The notes beneath the pieces are model-generated. The model searched no databases and had not been told where the DNA came from. It saw only the letters and a program-made list of their open reading frames with translations. This document shows positions 1 through 7,200 of a stretch of DNA of 14,500 nt, piece after piece (the first letter of the stretch is position 1; each line of letters opens with the position of its first letter). Where the stretch lies: positions 1-14,500 of the forward strand of contig NZ_JAYKGW010000194.1 in assembly GCF_035285525.1 (NCBI RefSeq). The letters are read 5' to 3'. This stretch comes from Okeania sp. GTDB taxonomy: Bacteria; Cyanobacteriota; Cyanobacteriia; Cyanobacteriales; Microcoleaceae. The translations under genes and the position numbers were made by a program.

Positions 1-173
1 AGGGTGTGTTAGGCGCTAGCCGTAACGCACCAGTATTAATTCAAAAATCCCTAAAGTCGGGTAGGGTGTGTTAGGCGCTAGCCATAACGCACCAGTATTA
101 ATTCAAAAATCTCTAAAGTCGGGTAGGGTGTGTTAGGCGCTAGCCATAACGCACCAGTATTAATTCAAAAATC
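1..173. repeat. 62-bp tandem repeat, two full units plus a partial third (unit starts 1, 63, 125); the array is cut by the window edge
   Basis: Units AGGGTGTGTTAGGCGCTAGCC(G/A)TAACGCACCAGTATTAATTCAAAAATC(C/T)CTAAAGTCGGGT are almost identical. Each contains an imperfect hairpin GGTGTGTTA...TAACGCACC (9 bp including one T.G pair on the + strand). Confidence 0.9.
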
Positions 174-231
174 GCCTCTAGAACCCATTTGGTATTTATT
201 TTTTTATACATAAGCTTGCTGATGTAATATT

Positions 232-329
232 ATCAGGACTTACGCAAAGGCACTATATATATAGAGTTTCGGTCTATGACACTAGCGCTTTCACACCCTA
301 CCAATAGCGTTCATGGCTTTAGTCCTAAT
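232..329. repeat. MITE-like dispersed repeat, copy 1 (ATCAGGACTTA...TTAGTCCTAAT ends)
   Basis: About 85% identical to 590-685. The termini are short inverted repeats (ATCAGGACT / AGTCCT(A/G)AT). The interior carries CACACCCTAC, the reverse complement of half of the 62-bp-repeat hairpin core. Confidence 0.75.
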
Positions 330-347
330 TATGTGAAAGTATCGGTA

Positions 348-476
348 ATATCATGTCCGGTAGCATCGGATTTTTCGGGCATCCTGCGTGCATAAAATCA
401 AGGTCGAAATTCCATAAAAGCTTCTGCCTTCAGCCTTCCTTCTACCAAAGTCTAATTATTCAACCGGACATGATAT
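348..476 (+). mobile_element. 129-bp MITE with perfect 13-bp terminal inverted repeats (ATATCATGTCCGG / CCGGACATGATAT), copy 1
   Basis: The TIRs were read directly. It has no coding capacity. A second copy (~92% identical with a 7-bp indel) lies in inverted orientation at 3557-3678. Confidence 0.85.
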
Positions 477-589
477 GAGCGCTCATTGCTATAATATAGC
501 TTCCGTGAAAAACGAACGGTGCGTTAGCGAAGCATAACGCACCCTACTGGACTACTGGACTTTGCTAAAAATTATCGGAATTTGATATA

Positions 590-685
590 ATCAGGACTTA
601 TGCAAAGGTACTATATATAGTGTTTCGGTCTGTGACGCTACCGCTAACACACCCTACCAGTCGCCTTCATGGCTTTAGTCCTGAT
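590..685. repeat. MITE-like dispersed repeat, copy 2 (same family as 232-329)
   Basis: Aligns end to end with 232-329. It ends 4 nt before the stop codon of the 690-2225 CDS. Confidence 0.75.
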
Positions 686-689
686 AATT

Positions 690-2225
690 CTATTCTAACA
701 ACCTACAAGACTTCCGCAGACGAGTTTCTTCAATATGTTGCCAATCGTAAGAAAAATGACTAATAGAATCAATCTGAGGAGTCGCTCTCCTAATAGCTCC
801 CATTTGTATTTCCAAAGAAGGACGATTTTGAAAAGGTTCTCCCCAAGTACCAGCGATCGCCGGAATAACTCTCACCCCTCTAGGAGCCATACTCAAAACT
901 CTCTGAACTTTAGCCACAATGCAACTAGGATCTCGCTCTCCACAAACTGCATACGCCATTGGATGCCATTCCATCCAACTAGGAAATTGATCCCAAGGTT
1001 GGAGACGAGAGTCAAAACCACTATCTCGTATTCTCATATTGCCACCAGGGAAAAATACAGCACCACTAGACAAACCTTTGCGTCGCACTGGTTTAGTTGC
1101 CGCCTGGAGAAAATCTAATATTCCTTGAGCAGCATGGGCAATACTTAATTCCCAAACCTGTGTTCCCGAACCTCCTTTCGGTAGTTTATTACCATCAGCA
1201 GAAGGTGAAAAGAAACCTTGCCATTGAGGAGGTTCCTTTTCCGAAACAGCAGAAATATCAGCAGCAGTAACATACCCTTTGTCTAAAAATCTTCTAATTA
1301 ATTCTTTTCCGCCTTGATTTCGAGCGCGTTGCAATAGGACATTCTGAGAAGCTTCACCATATATCCATAAATCTTTGACATCATCCGCTACAGAATCACC
1401 CCCCACTCCCCGCAAATAACGCACATAGTCAAATAAAACTCCTTCAGGTTGGCGTTTTAACACCTCATCTACCATAACTCTATAATCTTGACGCGCTTGT
1501 GGACTGTAGGGATCGACAAAAGTGTGAAAAGCATGACTTGCACCTAAATCGCTATGCAAACTATTACTATCAGGGATTATATCCAGGGTGGTTTGACCTC
1601 GACCATTACGCGCTAAAGCTTGTTGACGGTTAGGTAGTTGGGAATAGGTGTACCCGAAGTTCATAGTAAATACCCAAGCATAAGCACGCAAACCTCTTTC
1701 TTTGGCTTTTCTGAGGCCATCTGCTAATAAATCAACATTTTCATAACCAGGTACACGGAGTACAGACGGCCAAACTGTGGGGTTTTTGGCTGCCGGTAGA
1801 AGCACTTGTCCGTCATAGAAAGCTTCTATGTATACCTCGTTATAACCATAATTAACGATTTTATCTAGGATCCTGTCAATTTCTCCTGTTCTCACATCAC
1901 AAGGATATAGTCGCAACCAAATACCTTGTTTTTTTGGCCAACCTCTCTGGCGACATTTGTTAACTTCTCTAATGTGTTGAGTCTGAAGATCTCGATATTG
2001 TTTTTCTGCACTTTTATTTCCCTGTAGGGTTGCTTGGCGAAGATTTTCTTTTTCAGCGATCGCTTCTGCTGATAACCGACAATAATAATCTGTTTGTGCT
2101 TGTGCTTTGGTAGGAAACCATAGGCAAGAATGTACTACCAAACTCAAAAAAATAGCTCCCAAACTACTTATCTGGAAACATTTTCTATTTTTATTTTTTT
2201 TCACGGTAGTAGGATATTTTGGCAT
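690..2225 (-). CDS. Secreted glycosyl-hydrolase-like family 10 (GHL10 / PF02638-type, YngK-like) protein
   Basis: A long uninterrupted ORF. After a basic N-terminus there is a hydrophobic signal-like segment (LGAIFLSLVVHSCLWFPTKAQA-Q). Motif pattern typical of GHL10: GIWLRLYP, NYGYNEVYIEAFYDGQVLLP, LRAYAWVF, FVDPYSPQARQDY..VDEV...GVLFDYVRY. The ORF-track start at 2255 is a TTG, so I prefer the ATG at 2225 (MPKYPTT...). The family call is from memory of the motif pattern, not from a search. Confidence 0.7.
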   Translation of the reverse strand: MPKYPTTVKKNKNRKCFQISSLGAIFLSLVVHSCLWFPTKAQAQTDYYCRLSAEAIAEKENLRQATLQGNKSAEKQYRDLQTQHIREVNKCRQRGWPKKQGIWLRLYPCDVRTGEIDRILDKIVNYGYNEVYIEAFYDGQVLLPAAKNPTVWPSVLRVPGYENVDLLADGLRKAKERGLRAYAWVFTMNFGYTYSQLPNRQQALARNGRGQTTLDIIPDSNSLHSDLGASHAFHTFVDPYSPQARQDYRVMVDEVLKRQPEGVLFDYVRYLRGVGGDSVADDVKDLWIYGEASQNVLLQRARNQGGKELIRRFLDKGYVTAADISAVSEKEPPQWQGFFSPSADGNKLPKGGSGTQVWELSIAHAAQGILDFLQAATKPVRRKGLSSGAVFFPGGNMRIRDSGFDSRLQPWDQFPSWMEWHPMAYAVCGERDPSCIVAKVQRVLSMAPRGVRVIPAIAGTWGEPFQNRPSLEIQMGAIRRATPQIDSISHFSYDWQHIEETRLRKSCRLLE

Positions 2226-2280
2226 AATATTAGTTTGATAAATTTTTATTACCAATGATAATTAGAGGTAGTGCAATAAA

Positions 2281-2311
2281 CGTAGGTTGGGTTTCGTTTC
2301 TCAACCCAACC
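2281..2311. repeat. Short palindromic element GTAGGTTGGGTT-tcgtttctc-AACCCAACC (solo form of the 8812-8906 element)
   Basis: Its arms match the termini of the 95-bp element at 8812-8906. It is followed by a CCCTACT-like heptamer-rich stretch at about 2326-2350. Confidence 0.7.
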
Positions 2312-2654
2312 AAAATTTTGCTCCCCTACTCCCTTACTCCCCCACTCCCTAATGCACTATTATGCAACAGTCCAGTAGGGTGTGTTAGACGGCTAAAATT
2401 TAGACTATGAAAAGGATTCAGCAATCCGTCGTCACGCACCATTTGAGACTTGTCAGTCCAGTAGTTTAGAGCAAGCAGTTGCCTAACCCAACAAAACCTG
2501 ACTATACCTCTCAAATATAGCAGTCGAAGCAAAAGACGCGGACATTTATAAATCCTAAAACCCTTTGATATTCAACTGTTCCCTGTTGACAGTTAAGTGT
2601 TCCCTATTCCCTAGCGCTATTATAAAAAATAAAATTAACTTTGGCACAGAAATA

Positions 2655-2746
2655 CAGGACTTACACAAAATCTGAAAATATACACCATTTGTAGAGGTTA
2701 ACGACGGTTAACTGTTACTATCTATAGTGTTTCTGCGTAAATCCTG
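2655..2746. repeat. 92-bp MITE-like element with imperfect 16-bp TIRs (CAGGACTTACACAAAA / CAGGATTTACGCAGAA)
   Basis: The TIRs match at 13/16 positions. It shares the CAGGACTTAC terminus and the ACTAT(C/A)TATAGTGTTTC core with the 232-329 and 590-685 elements. Confidence 0.6.
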
Positions 2747-2768
2747 ATTTTTTGATAAATATTGGTAT

Positions 2769-2787
2769 GTCAGAAATAACTTCTGAC
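2769..2787 (-). terminator. Stem-loop immediately downstream of psb27 (GTCAGAA-GTTAT-TTCTGAC); possible terminator
   Basis: A 7-bp perfect stem with a 5-nt loop, starting 20 nt after the psb27 stop. It is followed on the minus strand only by a weak A/T-rich stretch with no clean U-tract. It overlaps 3 copies of the heptamer ACTTCTG. Confidence 0.35.
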
Positions 2788-2806
2788 TTCTGACTTCTTT
2801 GTAGTG

Positions 2807-3205
2807 CTATACTCCACGTTTTAAAGCAAGTTCTGCTTGTTTAAATTCTTGTTCTAAACGCTTCTTTAATTTTTCAGGTATAGGGCGGTTTGGATAAGAA
2901 CTATAATGTCCTGCTAAAGAATTTAAAGCAGTTCTCATTGTCGTAAATGATGGTAAAGTAGACACAGCAGGGTCTCGACGATAGCGAGAGGCATAGTCAT
3001 TTATTATTTGACGTGCTATTGCTTGAGCTTCACTTTTAGCTTCTGTCTTTTCTGGTAACTCAATCGCTGTTCTTAAACTATCTATTAGGTTTAATGTATC
3101 TTCTGAATAATTTCCAGTTAAAGTTGAAGAGTTATCAGAACAACCCATTAAACCAATAACACAAACTAAAACTAAGGCTAGTAGACGAGAAATCAAACGT
3201 TTCAT
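2807..3205 (-). CDS. psb27: Photosystem II assembly lipoprotein Psb27
   Basis: 132 aa with a lipoprotein signal and lipobox (LVCVIGLMG-C). Strong recognisable identity to Synechocystis Psb27 (slr1645) along the whole length: TGNYSEDTL, LRTAIELP, INDYASRYRR, FTTMRTALNSLAGHYSSY..RPIPEKLKKRLEQEF.QAE...RGV. ATG start at 3205. Confidence 0.93.
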   Translation of the reverse strand: MKRLISRLLALVLVCVIGLMGCSDNSSTLTGNYSEDTLNLIDSLRTAIELPEKTEAKSEAQAIARQIINDYASRYRRDPAVSTLPSFTTMRTALNSLAGHYSSYPNRPIPEKLKKRLEQEFKQAELALKRGV

Positions 3206-3342
3206 AGAACTTTCTTTTTTTACTATGGTATGAACTGATACGAATTATCTCATAGTTTGACTTAACTTGGGACTTTTGTATGGGGACTTAAGAGGAAGGA
3301 AGGCAGAAGGCAGTTTTTCTATACTTTTTAGAAAAAATAGGC

Positions 3343-3461
3343 GTAGGCCCTTGTTGTTCCCGTTAGAGTTCGCTGTATAGAACGTAGCTTGCTTCTTCGT
3401 AGGAGTAACCCAACACGCGCCTTACTAATCTTGGGTTTCACTCCGTTCTACAAGGGCCTAC
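3343..3461. repeat. 119-bp palindrome-ended element (12-bp perfect TIR GTAGGCCCTTGT / ACAAGGGCCTAC)
   Basis: The TIRs were read directly. The interior shares GTTGTTCCCGTTAG(A/G)GTT and TTGGGTTTC blocks with 8812-8906. Confidence 0.7.
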
Positions 3462-3556
3462 ATTTTGAAGCATAGAATATTGGTTATACCTTCAGTATTA
3501 GAAAAAAGTTTTAATTTGTAGAGGTTGTGGAGACCAAAACCCTACGATAGCTGATA

Positions 3557-3678
3557 ATATCAAGTCCGGTTGAATAATTAGACTTTGGTAGAAGGAAGGC
3601 AGAAGCTTTTATGCCATTTCCACCTTGATTTTATACACGCACGATGCCCGGAAAATCCGATGCTACCGGACATGATAT
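3557..3678 (-). mobile_element. 122-bp MITE, copy 2, inverted relative to 348-476
   Basis: Its reverse complement aligns with 348-476 over the full length (~92% identity, 7-bp deletion). The TIRs are ATATCAAGTCCGG / CCGGACATGATAT. Confidence 0.85.
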
Positions 3679-3721
3679 AACTAATATCAGATAACTGTTA
3701 ATTTATACACTATCTGTAATT

Positions 3722-4190
3722 ACACCATCCCTGTAGGGGCGGGTCTCATCACTAAACTAACGACTCTTCACCTTAAACTACCTAGACCCGCCCCTCCTAC
3801 TACACCATCCCTGTAGGGGCGGGTCTCATCACTAAACTAAGAACTCTTCACCTTAAACTACCTAGACCCGCCCTTCCGACACCATCCCTGTAGGGGCAGG
3901 TCTCATCACTAAACTAAGAACTCTTCACCTTAAACTACCTAGACCCGCCCCTCCTACTACACCATCCCTGTAGGGGCAGGTCTCATCACTAAACTAAGAA
4001 CTCTTCACCTTAAACTACCTAGACCCGCCTTCCGACACCATCCCTGTAGGGGCAGGTCTCATCACTAAACTAACGACTCTTCACCTTAAACTACCTAGAC
4101 CCGCCCTTCCGACACCATCCCTGTAGGGGCAGGTCTCATCACTAAACTAACGACTCTTCACCTTAAACTACCTAGACCCGCCCTTCCTAC
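3722..4190. repeat. Tandem array of six 76-80-bp units, each with an 11-12-bp GC-rich inverted repeat (GGGGC(G/A)GGTCT ... AGACCCGCCCC) around a ~45-nt loop
   Basis: Unit starts (ACACCATCCCTGTAGGGG) are at 3722, 3802, 3879, 3959, 4035 and 4112. Three polymorphic sites (G/A in the 5' arm, CTAACGAC vs CTAAGAAC, junction CCCCTCCTACT vs CC(C)TTCCG) occur in mosaic combinations. All frames are closed by stop codons. Confidence 0.92.
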
Positions 4191-4196
4191 AGCAGA

Positions 4197-4215
4197 GGGT
4201 TTGGAGACCAAACCC
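4197..4215 (-). terminator. Stem-loop GGGTTTGG-AGA-CCAAACCC about 40 nt downstream of the S8 peptidase stop; possible terminator or processing hairpin
   Basis: An 8-bp perfect stem with a 3-nt loop and no U-tract. A near copy (GGTTGTGG-AGA-CCAAAACC, 3523-3541) lies on the other side of the MITE plus tandem-array block. Confidence 0.25.
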
Positions 4216-4254
4216 CTACCTCATTAAATTTTACTAATGCTAACGGATTTGATG

Positions 4255-7200
4255 TTACATTCCAGCTACATCCCAAACAGTAGGTACACTTCCTGGGTTA
4301 ACAGAACTGTTGCGAGTGCCGTTCTCATTCATCATCCAGATAGCGTTACTTCCATTTTCATTACGCCACAATATGTCTGCTACTCCATCGGCATTAAAAT
4401 CGTCTACTCCAACTACATCCCAAACAGTAGGTACACTTCCTGGGTTAACCGAACTGTTGCGAGTGCCGTTCTCATTCATCATCCAAATAGCGTTGCGTCC
4501 ATTTTCATTACGCCACAATATGTCTGCTACTCCATCGGCATTAAAATCAAAACGAACTGATTCAGTTTTTAGAGATAAGTTACCGAAATTAATCTCTCCA
4601 ATATTCTCACCATTAACTACTTCTACAGTGTGGAAAGGATCATCTTCTGAACTTGTTACTGTCACATCATCAATGTACCAGCCTTCAAATTCATTCAATG
4701 CTCTGTCTCCAGTATCAAACTCGAAGCTAATTTCGATTTGTTGACCGACATAGGAACTTAGGTCAAATTCAGCATTAGTCCAGCCTGTAGTAGGGTCTTT
4801 CAATTCTTCTGCATTAGAAGCAATGGGAACAAAATCACCACCATCTACTGAGACCAACACCTTAGCTACATCATACTCAGAACCTAAACCTTCTGTTTCT
4901 AAGAAGTAGTTAAAGGAAAGTTGAGCGCTGTCTAATTCACTTAAGTCAATAACTGGAGAAATAATTCGCCCTGCAGTATATCCGGCATCATAATTGCCAG
5001 TTTCTTCGACTCCATAATACATACTGTCTACACCACTATGACCGTTTTCACCTCCACGTCGGGTGGATAGATGCCATAAACCCTCAGTTGGTGCTCCGGT
5101 GTTGTCAACAGTGAAGCCGTCTAAGTTGGGATTCTCGTTATCACTGAAGTCTGCCTCAAAGATTACTTCCACTTGTTTGCTAGGATAAGTTTGCTTCCAT
5201 CCATCTTGCATGACTTCCGCAACTCTATAAGTTCCAATCTCAAGACCATCGAACTCATAGTAACCTTCTGCATCAGTGACAGTAGAATTTTCCCCTTCAT
5301 CGAGTTCGCCGTTTTCATTCTCATCTATATATATTGTCCAGCCTTCTAGTCCTACTTCATTATCGTCCCACTCACTGTTACCATCCAGATCATTCCACTT
5401 GTATCCAGATATGAAACCAGAGATTTCCCGGTTGCCGAAGTTAATATCAGTAACATTCTCACCAACTTCCAATTCTACAGTATGAGTTCCTAGTCCCCCT
5501 GGTTCCCCTGGTTCTCCTGGTTCTCCTACTTCCGAAATGGCGTTGAACGCATTCAAACGACGACCTGTTAATGTTTTTCCATCTAGTGCTGAAATCGGAT
5601 CGCCACTCTCCAGAATAATTTCCTTGACCTCTTGAGAACTCAACTCTGGATTTTCTGACCATACTAACGCTGCTACCCCTGCTACATGAGGAGTTGCCAT
5701 CGAAGTACCACTGTATGAAGCGTAACCGCCTCCCGGTATGCTGCTATAAATATTGGAACCAGGAGCACCCAAGTCTACAGATTTGGCTCCGATGTTCGAG
5801 AAACTAGATAAATTATCGTTGTGGTCTGTAGAAGCAACTGCTATGATGTTGTCTAAATCGTAGCTAGCTGGGTACTGAGGGTTAGTATCATTGTTACGGC
5901 CATAGTCATTACCTGCTGCTGCCACGAATAAAGAATCTGCTGCACCTGCTGCGGCGATCATATCATGCAATCCCTGAGAAAAGCCTCCGCCTCCCCAACT
6001 GTTGTTGGTTAGGTCTGCTCCCATCATCGTTGCATATTCTACTGCCAATACGGCGTCGAATAAATCACCAGAACCACCATCATTGAGGAACTTGATTGCC
6101 ATCAAATCAGCGTTCCAGTTTACCCCTACTATTCCTGTTCCATCATCACCTTTGGCTCCAATGGTTCCAGCCACATGAGTTCCGTGAGAGTGAATATCTA
6201 ATGGGTCGCCGTCATCATAGGCAAAGTCATAACCATAAACATCGTCTACATAGCCATTGTTGTCATCATCTACCCCGTTATCAGGTATTTCACCAGGATT
6301 AGTCCACATATTGTCTACTAAATCTGGGTGAGTGTAGTCGATACCTGTATCAATGACTCCCACTAATACGTTCTCACTTCCCGTTTGAATATCCCAAGCT
6401 TCCGGTGTATCAATATCTGCATCAGATGTTCCTCCAGTTTGCCCAGTGTTGTGCAGTCCCCATAGTTGACTGAAACTGGGGTCATTAGGAACTGTGGAAT
6501 CAACCGTAATAATGTAGTTAGGTTCGATGTATTCAAATGCAGAGTTGTTTTGGTTATTACTAATAAATTCCTCTACAGCCCCGGAAATTGACCACAGTTG
6601 AATATCTAGCTCTTCACTTTTGGTTGTCTTGATGGTGGTAGCTCCCAAGCTCTCTTGCAGGCTACTCAGAGCGCTAATTTCATAACCTTCACTAAGTTTG
6701 ACAATTACTTCTCCTGATGCAAATACTGCTTCTAAGGGGATTTCTGACCCTGGGTTTTCTTCAGTAGTCTCAGTATCGGACTGACTAGCCTCTAAGCTAT
6801 CCACAGATGAACTTGAGCGAACTGAATCCTCTTCTACCGTCGCACCACTAGATACAAATGGTCCGTATATTTCTGCATCTTCTGTAGATGAACTTGAGCG
6901 AACTGAATCCTCTTCTACTATGGCAGCAGCATCTGTGGCTTGATTATTTGGTTCTGAGGTATCCACAGATTCACTAGGCAAAGGTGTTGTGCCACCCTCG
7001 ACCATAGAAGAACCTTGATTACCAGTCTCAATGGTGATATTATCAAACTGATGGTATGGAGATTCTTGTAACCACTCTACAGCCACAACTTGGTTAAAGT
7101 CATCGTTGAAGACAAAAGTTTCAGGGTCAAAAGCATTGCCGTCTAAGGTAAAGGTCTGAGTTACTGTTCCTCCCCCTTCTAGTTCTCCGACAAATGTCAC

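Noticed and set aside
1-173. Possible CRISPR array at the window edge
   Set aside because: The 62-bp units are identical throughout, so there are no spacers.
735-1118. 127-aa + strand ORF
   Set aside because: It is an antisense shadow inside the well-supported GHL10-like CDS, with a low-complexity S/R/T-rich product.
690-2255. Longer GHL10-like CDS starting at 2255
   Set aside because: Position 2255 is a TTG. The ATG at 2225 is followed by a basic stretch and then the hydrophobic signal-like segment, so I chose it, although the choice remains uncertain.
2326-2532. 68-aa ORF on the minus strand
   Set aside because: It lies entirely in an intergenic repeat patchwork (heptamer-like tract and the GTAGGGTGTGTTAG core). 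It has no recognisable motifs and is probably spurious.
3722-4190. Possible CRISPR array (regular ~78-bp periodicity with a palindromic element)
   Set aside because: The whole unit is repeated, including the would-be spacer. There are no unique spacers, no leader and no cas genes in the window, so it is a minisatellite-like tandem repeat.
4237-6302. ORFs 4237..4560(+), 4310..4744(+), 5276..5485(+), 5459..5662(-) and 6096..6302(+)
   Set aside because: All are embedded in or antisense to the 1377-aa peptidase CDS. The two at 4237-4744 merely mirror the duplicated FG-GAP-coding repeat.
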